Source of the DNA: Octopus sinensis
Lineage: Eukaryota
Direction of reading: 5' to 3'
DNA: 64,000 nucleotides
Assembly: GCF_006345805.1 (NCBI RefSeq)
Contig: NC_043017.1
Span: forward strand, 22,630,001-22,694,000
Positions within the stretch are counted from its first letter, which is position 1; the number at the start of each line of letters is the position of its first letter. Positions 37,481 to 51,434 of this stretch are shown piece after piece. Below the pieces are notes generated by a model. It saw nothing but the letters and a program-made list of their open reading frames with translations, did not search any database and was not told the DNA's origin. A program made the translations under genes and the position numbers.

Positions 37481-40188
37481 AAAAATAAAAGATATATATA
37501 CCCACACACATACACACACACTAGCAGCAATTACCAGCAGGGATAGTAAATACTGTTAGTGTGCATCTATATGTAATGTGTGTGTGTGTGTGCATTTGTG
37601 TGTGTGAGTGCTGTAAAAATTTTTGTTAGTAGGAACAACTGTAAGAATACTGAGGCAGGATACAAATACAATTGGATGATGTATGTTTGGTAAACAAATT
37701 GAAATTTATTTTGGAAGCTATTGAAGTTAGTCATAGTTCCAAGCTGAAATAATTCTATCAAACCTGAAAACATTCGGTCTCAATAAGGAAATGATACAGA
37801 ATGAACATGAAGTGCTTAAAACCTATCAACTTGCAACATCAAGGAAAATAAGAGATAAACTGACAATGGTAATGAGGAGGAAGATGTTGAAAGATTTTTT
37901 AAAATGGAAAAAAATAATTTGATATTATTTAAAAAGCTTTTAAATATTGTTTTCTGTAACAACATTGTTTTACAGTGCCACAAAATTGTTCGCAAATCTA
38001 TAAGTGAATCTAAAAGCTATTAAACTCAAAAGAACTAACATTTATCAAAATTTTTTCACAGGAAAAAAATTTGAAAATACATAATTGTTGAGGAAACACA
38101 ACTTTTAATGTGGAGAATGCATTGTTGTACCATATACTTAGTTATGATTTCATGGCTTTTGAAGAAATAAGCTTTTGTTTATTGTTTTGACATCGTTATT
38201 CTTTCATATTGAATTACAGCCTATTCCTAGAAAATAAAATTAAATGACTTGAGTGAACAAGGTATTGGATTATTGGCTTAAACATCTACAAGTTCAAATC
38301 CATTGCAAGGGTTCTGTTGCATATTTAGACAGCAAAGTAAATTCAACACATATTATTGAGAATAAATACTAAACTATCTGAAAATGTTCTCATTTATTTT
38401 TTTAGATGCTAGTGAGTGAACTCTAGCTGTTATTTCTAGCAGATTAAACAACAACAGAGTATCTCACAATAAAGATTGCGACTGGATCTGATGTTTAATG
38501 TAGTTTCAACAAAATATAGGAGTTTCATCATATCAGGGAGCAGAGAAAAATAAGTGAATGAAAAAGACTCCAAGAATAAAAAATCTGAAGGTCAAATTGA
38601 CATCCATCTAAATACAATGATGTTGATGCTTTCAACAAGGAAAACCCCTACACACATGCACACACTATTAAACTTGAACGTAAAAGTCAGTTTGCCATTC
38701 ACTATCAAACCCAAAAGACAGAGTACCAAAATTCCCCTGTCACCAAGTGATGAATTTACAGAACTGAGATTGATATTTAAATCTGTACTGTTAGTATTGC
38801 ACAGCCTAGGCATTTGGTTAGAAGCCCTGCCAAAGAGCAAAACACTTTCTGTTGTATCAACAGGTCCAATTAGTTAGGTCTGGCAGAGTTCAGTGACAGC
38901 AGCATTCATTAATCATGATAGCGGAGTGGATGGTAAGCAAGTCTTGGTTCCTTCCTGTATTGCATTTGTGTAATTAAAGAACAGGTCAGGTGACAGGTTT
39001 GCTAGCTTAACTATTAACCTTTTACAAGCAAACTCCTAACTGCAACCATATTCACGTCTGTGATGTGCCTACATTCACACAATCATACGTTCGGGTTTGA
39101 AAAGAATTTTTTGAAGCTGTTGTACTTCATTTCCCACTTAAAAAGCAATATAACCAAGAAGCTATTGTGTATAGATTTTAAAGAATCTAACTTTTACTGA
39201 AGGAAGCAATACATGTCAACATGCATACACAAAGGCATTAATGCATATGTTAATGTGCATTCGCCACCCACAAATGCACATAACATTTACACATAATGCA
39301 CACATGCAGGCAGATTATATAAATCACCTATTCAAATGCACACACAAACATATACATACATGTATATCTTCCGATAATAATAATTATGTCTATGTATCAT
39401 TTCACCTGCAAATTATGGTTTAGAACATTTTCATGTAGTTATTTTGATATCAGAGTAATACAGCGTGTATGAATAAGGGAGAGAGATATATATAAAGAGA
39501 GAGAGGAAGAGAGAGAGAGAGAGAGAAAGAATGAGAGAGAGAGTGAGAGAGAGTTGTGTGTAAAAGACAGAGAGACAGAGTACATATGTGTGTATGTGCA
39601 TGTGCGTTAGTTATTTGATGTAAATGGCAAAAGCAAGTATATTATGAATTCAGTTATATCTGAGAGGCATATACTCTCAGCAAGGTAGATTTATAAGTTA
39701 TAGAATTCAACCAAATATTAAATCTATGCATGTATACTAGCAACATTTACACTCCAGGTTTCTATGGTTACACAACGCAGTGTGAGGGAAATTCTTCAGC
39801 AGATATTCAGAAGATCCGTTTTCTTCTTGTGATATGAGTGGAGAAAATTTATGAGGAAAGAATTAAAAGCAGGGGAAAAAAATAAATAAATTTGGTAAAA
39901 TGGTTTTGAAAGGAGAAAACTTCATTAATATATTGGATGAATTAGAATATCATTTAATGTGTTTCAATCACCATTATTTATATACTCACATTCATTTACA
40001 CAATCTTATATATATGTGTGTGTGCATGTGTGTATGTATGATGTATGTACATACACACACACACACACACACAAATGTAGATATATAATCTATATCTGCA
40101 CATATACATGCATACTCAAAAATAAAGATAAATATATATATATATATACATGCATATGTACACATGTACACACCTGATCAAATATATA

Positions 40189-40228
<40 letters not shown>

Positions 40229-41025
40229 AATGCATTCATATACAACCTTTTTTCACACATTTACGTAGGCATGAATCAAGTATGTGAAGAGGCAAACAGG
40301 CTCACAAATATGTTGATAATTCATGTATGTGTCCTCATTAACATATCTCATATACATACTTGTGTGTGTGTATATATATATATATATATAATATATATAT
40401 ATATATACTGATATCATACATATAAAGACACATTTCATACACATGCACACATCTACTTATAAGTGCACATACCGATAGAGAGTTTCATTTTTATCAATTA
40501 TATCTTCCATTTCAAATCTTGTTACTTTATAGAAGAATTATTAAAAAGTTATTCTCAAAGAAAATAGTGGAAAATGAATAATAGCAAATGAAAAAAAAAA
40601 AAGACAATAATCCTAAAATTATTGGAATCCAATTTGCTTATGGCATTACTGTGAAGTAGATGATTAATCTAAATACAGTTCTGTATTTAACAAGAACAGC
40701 TTAGTCAATAAGTGGTTCCATGGAGTAAGGAAAACAGATTTATCAATAATAATGAAGTTGTGTTCTTGAATCACAGAGGTTATTCTGCAACACAAAACCC
40801 AGCATTATTTTGAAAGAACATTTTGTCTTGCTTCGTATCAATGCAAAAAAAATCAAAAGCTAAATGCTATCATTGACATGAAGTTGGTATTGTTGTTAGC
40901 AATGAGTTATTCCTTCTTCAAATAGCCAATCACCTGACTTTACTGTAAGCTTGTGCATATCATATCAATTCAATGCGACCTACCAAATAACCATGTCACA
41001 TATTGTACAGTTGGTTTTCACCATT

Positions 41026-41225
41026 ATATTTATTTCTTTATTGCCTACAAGGGGCTAAACATAGAAGGGACAAACAAGGGCAAAGGGATTAAGTCAATTA
41101 CATCGAGCCCAGTGCGTAACTGGTACTTATTTAATCAACCCCGAAAGGATGAAAGGCAAAGTCGACCTCAGCGGAATTTGAACTCAGAACGTAACGACAG
41201 ACGAAATACCGCTAAGCATTTCACC
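41026..41225 (-). mobile_element. SINE family B (B1), 5'-truncated
   Basis: Reverse of the B consensus. Confidence 0.85.
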
Positions 41226-41692
41226 ATTATATTGGTTAATTTCAAGAATCTTTTTTATCTTGAATTCAGTATTATGGTGGGGGATTGTTTTTAGAATGCC
41301 AAAATGAAAAATCAAAATCAATTTTCATTTACATATTGAGGTTCTTTAAAGATACACATTATCCAATATTTTGTATATCATTTCTAAATTTGGAAGTATC
41401 AGCATATATATATATATATATATGGTCTTCACATACAATGGAAGAATCACCAAGATTTGTGATGAGCAGAATGACCGTGCAAACCAGATCCCAGTCAGTT
41501 TTAAAATGCATTTTCCTCTAATACAAAATCTATTTAGGACACAACATATACAAAAACTTATTCCCTAGAACTTTTCTCAAATAAAATCCAAGTAGCATGT
41601 GATCGTTTTTCTCTCTCCCTCTTTTTTTCTTTTCGTTTTTGTGTTATGTATGTCCAACTCACCTTGTGAAAACATACACTAACATACTTTAA

Positions 41693-41912
41693 CCCTTTTG
41701 TTACTGTATTTATTTTGAGATGTTCTGTGTTTCTTTCAATTACTTTAAATAAGACAAAGAATTTAGTAAAATAACTTAGTTATCATTCAGCCAGTGTAAA
41801 GAACATAAATTTTGACTAAGGTTTAGTGGGAGATTTTAATTCAAAACTGATGAAAACAAGACATTTGTACTCTGATCCAGAGCCAGTTTCAGCTGGGATG
41901 GTAACGAAAGGG
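41693..41912. mobile_element. piggyBac-type MITE
   Basis: TTAA|ccctt(t)tgttac ... gtaacgaaaggg|TTAA. Confidence 0.85.
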
Positions 41913-42420
41913 TTAAGTAAAACTATTATATGAAAACATTTATGTGAAAACAATATTTTAGTATTTTTACTTTCATATATTTAAATTTATGGTAAAAAAA
42001 GTATGTATTCCTTACGTTAAAAAATAAGATTTGTTTCATTTAAACAAAACATGTATGTATAAAATATTTAGCCTATTTCCAATCCTTTCTCCCTATTTTG
42101 CATATGTGTGTGCATATATATATATAAATGTTATTATGTCTAATATTGTTATAACTTCATTTAATGGGTTTCTACTGTTTTTATGAATTATGTTCGTGTT
42201 TTAATACATTAATTTGTTTACTGTACTCTTAGTCTTTTCAGATATCAACAAACCTTCTTCATGTGTTACTTTACCACACAAGTTTTCTGGGGCTTTTCTT
42301 TCGTTTGTTTTTGTTGTTTTTGTTACTCTTTCAGGATTGTTTCCAATAATGAATGACAAATACAACATAACATGATAAAGCTATGCTTTGTACATTTTGT
42401 GATTATATTTAGGAATCAAG

Positions 42421-42668
42421 AAAAGCTCTACCTGCGACGATTTCATCTCAATCGAAGGAGAGGAGCTTTCTCCGTCCGGGTTGCGGATCCGTGGAACAAG
42501 CTGCCAGACGAGATGGTGAAGATGCCGACGACCGCTTTGTTCAAAGCCTCCCTTGACCTCAAGTGGCCTGAACTCTTTACATGAACACCACCCTGTACTT
42601 AACTCCATGTCCCCCTACATGGCCTTGCTATTTGCTTTTGAGCCAAATTAACTAACTAACTAACTAAG
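42421..42668 (+). mobile_element. CR1-type LINE 3' end, 5'-truncated, (TAAC)n tail
   Basis: KLYLRRFHLNRRRGAFSVRVADPWNKLPDEMVKMPTTALFKASLDLKW resembles the CR1 ORF2 C-terminus (FS.RV...WN.LP..V......FK..LD); CpGs intact. Confidence 0.8.
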
Positions 42669-42980
42669 ATTGAAATATCTTGATAAGCAATTCTGGAGTC
42701 AAAGTTTCAATAGTGGCTTCCAACAAGTGTCCTTTTAGAAATTTTTGAATTTTGGAGGAAGTAATAAAAGCCTTCTGGATTGTTTTCAAATATTAAAGAC
42801 TTTGGAAATAATGGTTTCTAGCATAAGATACAAGCTATAATATTTTGCAGAAGATATCTTCAGAGAAACTAAACCCAGTAGAAGGCTGGTACTTTACCTT
42901 ATGTGGTGCTTTATCAATGGGATTCAAACTCAGATAATAAAATGATGTAATTAACTCAAAGATCTTTTGCCTTGTTTACC

Positions 42981-43200
42981 ACCTGCCCACCCCACCCCCA
43001 TCACTCTTCTTATTCTTCTTGTTTTCCATCTTTAGTAATAACTGAATCTAACAAAGACACAAGGTCTGGAGGTTTTGAGGCTTGGGTACTATTCACTTGT
43101 AACACCTCTGGTACTTGGTCAGTACTTTATTTTATCAAACTAAGAGAGATGAAAAGTAAAGTTGACCTCAGCAGGATTTGAACACATTCTGTGTAACAAT
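42981..43200 (-). mobile_element. SINE family B, degraded
   Basis: gatgaaaagtaaagttgacctcagcaggatttgaac. Confidence 0.55.
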
Positions 43201-43210
43201 AATTGAAATA

Positions 43211-43363
43211 CTCTTTTACTTGTTTCAGTCATTTGACTGCAGCCATGCTGGAGCACTGCCTTTAGTCGAGCAAATCGACCCCAGGACTTATTCTATCGGT
43301 CTCTTTTGCTGAACCGCTAAGTAACAGGGACATAAACACACCACAGTGATGTTGGGGGGACAA

Positions 43364-43394
<31 letters not shown>

Positions 43395-43567
43395 CATATA
43401 TACGACGGGCTTCTTTCAGTTTCCGTCTACCAAATCAACTCACAAGGCTTTGGTCAGCCCAAGGCTATAGTAGAAGACACTTGCCCAAGGTACCATGCAG
43501 TGGGACTGAACCCGGAAACATGTGGTTAGTAAGCAACCTACTAACCATGCAGCCACCCCTGCACCTA
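43211..43567 (-). mobile_element. SINE family A
   Basis: Reverse of the A consensus. Confidence 0.9.
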
Positions 43568-43947
43568 TGAAATAGATAAATAAATTTGACACCTGAACTT
43601 GAAATAGGCAATTAGGCCTGCATAACCCCACATAATATAGTGAGAGTATACTAATTTTCACTTTTACCTTAAAACAGGTACATTTCTACATCAGATACTG
43701 ATGAAGAAATAAATCAAGCCGAGGAAGAGTCACAATCGACAACTAAAATTACTGAAAATTCTCCTAAACCAATCTGATGGGCTCACTCGAATGATGTGAC
43801 AGGAGAATTAAACCTTTCAAAATAGGCTGCACAACCTTAAGGGTCAAAAAAGTTTTATAAAGGAAAAATTTATGGAATTCTATAATAACAAGAAATCATT
43901 TAATGCAAAAGACCCAACAGAACATCGTGGAAGGTAGGAGAAAGCAG

Positions 43948-44172
43948 TATAGTTATATATTCTCTTCTACTCTAGGCACAAGGTCCAAAATTTGCAGGGA
44001 GGGGGCCAGTCGATTAGATCAACCCCAATATGCAACTAATACGTAATTTATCGACCCCAAAAGGATGAAAGGCAAAAATCGACCTTGGTGGAATTTGAAC
44101 TCTGAATGTAAAGACAGACAAAATACTAAGCATTTTGCCTGGTATGCTAACATTTCTGCCAGTCCCCCACCT
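43948..44172 (-). mobile_element. SINE family B with the alternative (B2) tail
   Basis: B head and core, but tail ctctaggcacaaggtccaaaattt. Confidence 0.8.
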
Positions 44173-45354
44173 TAGTATAATTATATATTGGAACTATTCT
44201 GTATTTTTGTGATAGATACTTTGTGGAGTTCTCTGAAAAATATAAAGTCTTAGAACTCCTGTTAAAAATGATAAACTATCATACACACAATTGATTGGTT
44301 TGTACTGTTTCGAAGTAATTATATTTGGCCTTCAGGTAGTTTCAGGAAATATTGCTGTTGTCAATATTTTTAAAATAGCAAAATTGAAACCTGTCATTTT
44401 GTGCAGAAAAAATAAGTTATCAAATAATTAATTTTTCCCAAAATTTGAGAGTTTTTGAAAAGATATTTGTAAAGTTATTTTACACTGCTACACATAAAAT
44501 TGGGGTTTTTGAAAATTTTTGTAAAAATCTCTTAATAAAGAGAGAAAAGTAAGAAAATACTTATACCACATAATTTGAATTCTAACTGGAACAATTTTTT
44601 TGTTTTGTTGAACTACAAATTAGGGAACTGATGAAAAGTGACAATTTTGTAAACAGTATGTCTCAGGTTGAGTTAAAAAGTCTCACAAACTTTAAAATCT
44701 GATGTTCAAATCTTTCTTTACAATAAAAACTTTCAATTGTAAATATGATTGATAGCTTTTAGCAACTTGGATATAGGAAGTGTGTGAAAATGCACTATCT
44801 ATGGTCTGGTCTAGACTTTTCTTTTTTATTTTCTCTCTCCCAATACAACAAACAAGGCATACATTTTTCTTTTCATCAAGTTATTACAATAATGACAGTA
44901 GTAGTGAAGACAATGAGACATTAGAATGTGAATGGATATGTTTATGAAATGAAATCAATACCTTGTAAATTATGCAGATAAACTGACAAATCTGTACGGA
45001 ATTACTATTTTTTGTAGCTTTTCTTTTCACTTATATCTGTTGGAAATGTAATTTCATGCATGCAACTTATTAACAAAAATTTATATGATAGATATAGATA
45101 AAAAATTGAATTCTGAAAAATTCAAAGATATCATTTCAAAATTTAGTAAATGGCACTTTTTGAGTGAAGGGATTTATTGAAACTTGACAAGTCAACTCCA
45201 TTTTTGAGCATGTGATGAGTCATCATTAGTGAAGTAGTTAAACTATTGGCCTACTAACTAAACAATTAACGGCTCATATAATGTCACTAGTTCTTTACAA
45301 TGTTCCTAGTAAAAAAAAAACAAAAAAACTGAGGTCTCCATACATATAGCTCTC

Positions 45355-45767
45355 TTTACTCTACTCTTTTACTTGTTTCAGTCATTTGACTGCGGCCATG
45401 CTGGAGCACCGCCTTTAGTCGAGCAAATCAACCCCGGGGCTTATTCTTTGGAAGCCCAGTACTTATTCTATCGGTCTCTTTTGCCGAACCGCTAAGTGAC
45501 GGGGACATAAACACACCAGCATCGGTTGTCAAGCAATGCTAGGGGGACAAGCACAGACACGCAAACATATACACACACATACATACATATATATACATAT
45601 ATACGACAGGCTTCTTTCAGTTTCTGTCTACTAAATCCACTCACAAGGCATTGGTCGGCCCGGGGCTATAGCAGAAGACACTTGCCCAAGATGCCACGCA
45701 GTGGGGCTGAACCCGGAACCATGTGGTTGGTTAGCAAGCTACTTACCACACAGCCACTCCTGCGTCT
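45355..45767 (-). mobile_element. SINE family A, full length
   Basis: Reverse of the A consensus; few substitutions. Confidence 0.9.
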
Positions 45768-45776
45768 AAAGAGCTG

Positions 45777-47204
45777 TTAACAAATGTTATAAGGAACCAC
45801 AGCTCATGGTTGTAAAAGGTGAAGGGATATTATGCAACTTCTATTTGGTTAGCTTGCTGTGCTCCATTGAAATTCTATCATAGGTTAAATAAACATTAGA
45901 GATGCTTTGCCATATGCAGAAACTACAGGAGCTAGTCAAACATTTTGCAAGCTCTTCTAAATCCATTGCAATGCTGGAAACTGTCCCACATCATCAGCAG
46001 GTATCTCAGGGTCACAAACGCTTCACTCCTTAGCCTGTACCCTTCATTTGTTGGGTAGCAAGGATTTCACCTCTGGAAGAGTTCCACTTGCAGTCTCTTA
46101 GCCATCTTGAGCGAGTTTATTATATATAAACAAATTATATAACAAACTGATATCCTATTGAGAAGACAATGTCTTTCAGCAGCTTAACCCCATGATCATC
46201 ATCATATAGTGTCAAATGGGGATAAAAGGAAGAGTATAAAACATGCAATGAAGCATGACCCTATGATGTTAAAATAGCCTCTTACTGCAATCATTGTGCT
46301 GTGCTTCGAAGTTAGACTCCCTCCAGTTTGCCTGATAGACAAAAATGAATTGTTAGCTTCCAGTGAGTGAGCTAAAAGGGGAAGATCTTATGTGGTCATT
46401 CAGCCTGCATGAAATAGCTCTCAAATCTTCCAGAATCCAGCTTCATCAGTCAGGCAAACAAGAGGAACTCTAACTTAAAGGCACAACACAAAGATTGTAG
46501 TAATTGGTCATTTTAACATCACAGTGTCATGATTCATTGAATTTTTTTTATACTTTTATACACAGAATAGGCACAGGAGTGGCTGTTTGGTAAGTAGCTT
46601 GCTAACCAACCACATGGTTCCGGGTTCAGTCCCACTGCATGGCATCTTGGGCAAGTGTCTTCTGCTATAGCCCCGGGCCGACCAATGCCTTGTGAGTGGA
46701 TTTGGTAGACAGAAACTGAAAGAAGCCTGTCGTATATATGTATATATATATAAGTGTGTGTGAATATGTTTGTGTGTCTGTGTTTGTTCCCCTAGCATTG
46801 CTTGACAACCGATGCTGGTGTGTTTACGTCCCTGTCACTTAGCGGTTCGGCAAAAGAGACCGATAGAATAAGTACTGGGCTTACAAAGAATAAGTCCCGG
46901 GGTCGATTTGCTCGACTAAAGGCAGTGCTCCAGCATGGCCGCAGTCAAATGACTGAAACAAGTAAAAAGAGTAAAAAGAGTTCCCCTTATCCACCCTTAA
47001 CACTATAATACGATGCTCATCGTTATGGGCTTAAGCTGTCATAAGACATTATCTTCTTAATAGGATCCCAGTTTACTATATATTTTATTTGTGAGAAAAT
47101 CTGGGTGGAGCACAGCAAGTTGACCAAATTGAAACTATATAATACGCATGGCATCCCTTTACTGTTTAGGCCTATGCACTGTGGTTTCTTATAACATTTG
47201 TTAA
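45777..47204. repeat. Old inverted repeat (left 45777-45870 + 46130-46231; right 46981-47204)
   Basis: ttaacaaatgttataag / cttataacatttgttaa; cttgctgtgctcca / tggagcacagcaag; atcctatt(g/a)agaaga(c/t)aatgtctt mirrored. Confidence 0.75.
46568..46980 (+). mobile_element. SINE family A, full length
   Basis: Matches the A consensus. Confidence 0.9.
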
Positions 47205-47299
47205 TTGCTATATTATTGAGATCTCGGTTTTCTTTTACTGGGGGACACTGTAAAAAACTAGTGACTATATAAACTGCTAATCCTTTAGGTGACCAATAG

Positions 47300-47670
47300 T
47301 TTACCAGACCACAAACAGGATGTCACTGTGCTGTCCCCATTGTGCCAACTGCTTCATCTCAGGCAAGGACGATGTACTGCAATAGCTTGGGTTTCAAGGG
47401 CCCACAGCTGTTTAACTGTCTGCCGAAGCATCTGAGGAGCCTCCATGGAGTGGATGTAGACGTTTGCAAACATAAATTTGTCCTCTGGATCGCCGAGATC
47501 CTCAATGAGCCAATATCTAAGCAAGAAACTCAAAAGAGGGCAGTAGCATTGAACTCCATCCTTTACCAGAAGCCGCTCCGACAAAGGTGGAAAGTGGAAA
47601 GATGATTACAATGGCGGTGCTCCAGCATGGCCACAGTCATTGGGCTGAAACATATAAGAGAATAATAAGT
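47300..47670 (+). mobile_element. CR1-type LINE 3' end sharing its tail with SINE A
   Basis: GCHCAVPIVP...RTMYCNSLGFKGPQLFNCLPKHLR... then tggcggtgctccagcatggccacagtc..ctgaaaca. Confidence 0.75.
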
Positions 47671-48234
47671 GACTCACCACATGTTTAGAAATGGTGTTTA
47701 CTTGTAAATTTTCAATAAATTTTTTCACTTTACAAGTGTCATTTAATAAATCTTGAAATGATATTTAAAAAATTTTTCACACACCCTTAAAAATCTAGGA
47801 TGGGTATGGTTGAAATGCATTTTATCATTGGTCTGTTCAATTAAGGTTAGCCTTGGGCTAAACAGCAACAAATATTTCAACAAGGGAGAAAAAAATCCAT
47901 TACATCTATGCAAGCATGGACAAATAAATCTAAAATATTAAAGCAAAAAAAATCGTGGTTCTTATTTTATTTATGTCTGGTGGATAAAAAGTCAAGTTTG
48001 TGCAGTAAATATTGTAGGCAGATAAATAAAATTCAAAATAGCTTGTCACTTATATAAACTTGACTAATATTTTACAAATGAGTCACAATTTTCCTTATGA
48101 GATATATCGATGCATGCAGAGTTTTTTTTTCCTTTAATTGTTGTGGTAGATGCACAGAAAAAAAATTTAATAATGAATTAGATAAAATATTTATTGACAA
48201 ACCCATCCAATATTTTAATATAAGCAATTGGCAT

Positions 48235-48497
48235 AGGTTCGGGCAGGGTTATGCAGTTAAGGGCCTGCTTTGCAACCAAATGGTTTGAGGGTCCAGTCCC
48301 ACTGCACAGTACCTTGGGCAAATGTCTCCTAACAAAGTTCCAGACTTGTAACAGAAACTGTGTGGAATCTCGTTTCATATATGTATGTATGTATGTATGT
48401 ATGTGTGTATGTGTGTAAATACTGGGATCAATTCATTTGACTAAAAGATTCATCAAGGTGGTGCCCCAGCATGGCCACAGTCTAATGACTGAAACAT
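48235..48497 (+). mobile_element. SINE family A, internally deleted
   Basis: Head cagtcccactgcacagtaccttgggcaa plus tail ggtggtgccccagcatggccacagtc. Confidence 0.7.
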
Positions 48498-48777
48498 GAT
48501 GAGTGTACAGTTATTCAATCAGCAGAACAACCATTGAATTAACATCAAAGTGGCTGAGTATTCCATGGACATAGTGGTAAAGATGGACCTTTGAATTGCA
48601 GGTACAATCCATCCAAAAGCTTCCACACATTTTCCATCAAATCAACTTCACTCAAAAGATATGGGCAAACCTGAGGCTATGACATGCTATAGGATTGAAC
48701 CCAGAACCTCATGATTACAAGACAACCATTCAGTCATACTGCACCTACAAAGCTTAAGAATAATATTAATATCTTAA

Positions 48778-48999
48778 CCCTTTAGGATTTGAACCAGCTA
48801 TATTTGGCCCATATATTCTACATGCTTTATGTCCAAACTGGCCAGATCTGACCTTTCACACTAATCCTACAATGTCATTTTAAAAACAAACAATTACATC
48901 ATTGAAATCTGGAAGCAACAAGATAATGCATGATTACTTGTAAAGAATTTGAGTAAATAAGCAATACGTTTGACACAGAGTAATCTGAATGCTAAAGGG
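48778..48999. mobile_element. piggyBac-type MITE
   Basis: TTAA|ccctttaggatt ... aatgctaaaggg|TTAA. Confidence 0.85.
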
Positions 49000-49689
49000 T
49001 TAACTAACCTATTAGTCATTTGAGCAGTTTTAACAAAAGAACTATTTCAACATTGAAAAATAGAACTAAATCACAATGATCTTCTTCTCACTAACATTAA
49101 TATACTTATTCCTTATGTAGACTATCCTACTTTCAGACTGAGCTTTCAAAAATATACATATAAATAAAAAGCTAATTTAGAATAATAAAAAAAAAAGAAC
49201 GAAACTGATCTATACAAATAAAAAGTCCTATGGTAGGCCAATATAATTGGCTATTCCTACAAGGCTTTCTGTTTTTTTATGAACCATCAAATAAAATAGC
49301 TAGAGCAATTTCCTAACATATTTTATTGATAAGTTTATTAACTATAAAACCATTTTATCATCCCTAAATCAGAGCCAGTTTAGAGGTGAGAGAAAAATAG
49401 CAAACATTAAGGGAATGTATTTTTGCTTCCTTTGTTAGGGGTCTTTTTTTGCATTTGTTTTGTGTTGTGTGTGTGTCTTGTGCTATTTTATTGCAGGTTA
49501 ATCACTTTCTGTTTTATTATTCATTAACAATCTGAAGCCAATTTCACTCTCCTGTACAACATAACTGGATAAAACAAGTAAAAAAGAATCTATAGAAATT
49601 TTATTGTTTATTTCTTAGAGAAGAAATCCTTGTCTCATACCATTACTGACAAAACATACACAAAATAAGTAATTAATAATAATAATAAT

Positions 49690-50228
49690 AATCCTTTCTA
49701 CTACAGACACAGAGCTTGAAATTTTGTAGAAGTGGGCTAATCGATTATATTAACCCAGTGCTCAACTGGTACTTCATCTTATCAACCCAGAAAGATGAAC
49801 AGCAAAATCATCCTCAGCAGAATTTGAACTTAGAATGTAAAACTGGAAGAAATTCCAATAACCATTCTGTGTGGCATGCAGACAGTTCTGCCAATTCACT
49901 GCCTTTTACAAAGACACATATTATTGAAGTGGCCACCTCATGCAGTCTGCAGATCCAATGAAGTTTCCCTGATACACTCATAATTCTGTAATGCCAACTT
50001 GTAATGCTGATGATAACAATGGTTTTGAATTTTGACACAAGGCCAGCAATTCCAGGTGAGTGGGTGAATCAATTACATCAATCCCAGTGTTCGACTGGTA
50101 CTTATCAACCCTGAAAGGATGGAAGGCAATGTCAACCTCAGCAGGATTTGAACTCAGAACATAAAGACAGACAAAACACCACTAAGCATTCTGCCTAGTA
50201 TACTAACAATTCTGCCAGCTTGCTGCCT
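49690..50228 (-). mobile_element. Two direct SINE B (B2) copies
   Basis: cctcagcag(a/g)atttgaact recurs at ~49812 and ~50137. Confidence 0.75.
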
Positions 50229-50260
50229 TCAATAATAATAATCATGATAATAATAATAAT

Positions 50261-50612
50261 AACAAGAGCACTCAGGGAGTGCAACACCAAGGTCCTCTCA
50301 ACGATTAGCCAGAGGTGATTTTTAAAATGAGAAAGTCTGAAATAAACTTGACTGCTCTCACAAACAATACTAAAAATGAACCTGACCACTTTCAAAAATT
50401 AAGAGAAAAAAAATAAATGGAAAAATAATCCAGAATCCTTGTCCAGTACATGGTCGATCCCAAAATCTAATCAGTTTGTGCCAGTTATGAGTCCAAACAT
50501 CCCTGAAAGTTTCATCCGAATCCATCCAGCAGTTCTTGAGATATCTTATCAACAGACGAACAAACAAACACAACTGAAAACAATACCTCTGCCTTCACTA
50601 AGGTGGAGGTAA
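50261..50612 (+). mobile_element. Helentron/DINE-1-like non-autonomous rolling-circle element
   Basis: Start aacaagagcactc..gagtgc hairpin; acagacgaacaaacaaac tract; 3' stem-loop acctctgcctt-cact-aaggtggaggt; inserted in (AAT)n. Confidence 0.5.
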
Positions 50613-51434
50613 TAATCATTTCAAATTTTTGCACAAGGCCATTATCAATACAAAACCATTATCTTTAATGCCAAGTCACTTTCTCAGTTGACTCATGCTC
50701 AGTCTAACATTACTCATCCAACAGATCGTGCTCAGCTCACTGCTCTCCCACCGCTGCCATTCTACATGTCATTGTTATTACACAACAACACACAGCTTAT
50801 ACATGTCTTGTCATGTGAGATTTTGTTCAGTTTTGTTTGTTTTTTTTGCAATAGAGAAAGCCAAACCCTCAGCTACCAACAGAGGTAACAATTTCCTGAA
50901 TATCTTTAACACACATATACATACATTCGAACTTCTCATGATATGAATAACGCATGACTCTTTCTGTTTCTTTCCTGGAAAACAATGCCAGAGAGAATGG
51001 AGAAGACAAATGATAGAAGAGAGAGACTCATTGTAAAATTCAACATTTACAAATTACAAAAGAGATAACTTGCTGGTTCTTTCCTTTCTTTAATACCATT
51101 TTTGAAAATTTTCTTTTAATTTTTTTTTCATATCACTTTCATATCTTTCTCAGGAGTATATCTTTCTCATCATCTTTTTCTCAACATTTTTCTCTCTCAA
51201 CATGTATTTCTCTTTCCCAATTCATCTTCCTCTCAACTTCTCTCTCTCTCCCTCTCTCTCTTCTTCTTCTTTCTCTTAATATGTCTCTTTGCCTATCCCT
51301 CTTTCTTACAAGTCTATCTCTTATCCCTCTTTGTTCCCCTTACTCTTTCACTCTCATCCAATTTTTTTCCATTATATCTGATACCCTCTTTCCTCTTTAA
51401 CGTATCTCTTACTCTTCCACCTTTTTTTATTATT

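Noticed and set aside
38554-38877. 107-aa plus-strand ORF
   Set aside because: No domain similarity recognised and no splice context.
43675-43800. Acidic peptide SDTDEEINQAEEES after a polypyrimidine/AG
   Set aside because: In-frame stop; could be a transposase N-terminal relic but cannot be supported.
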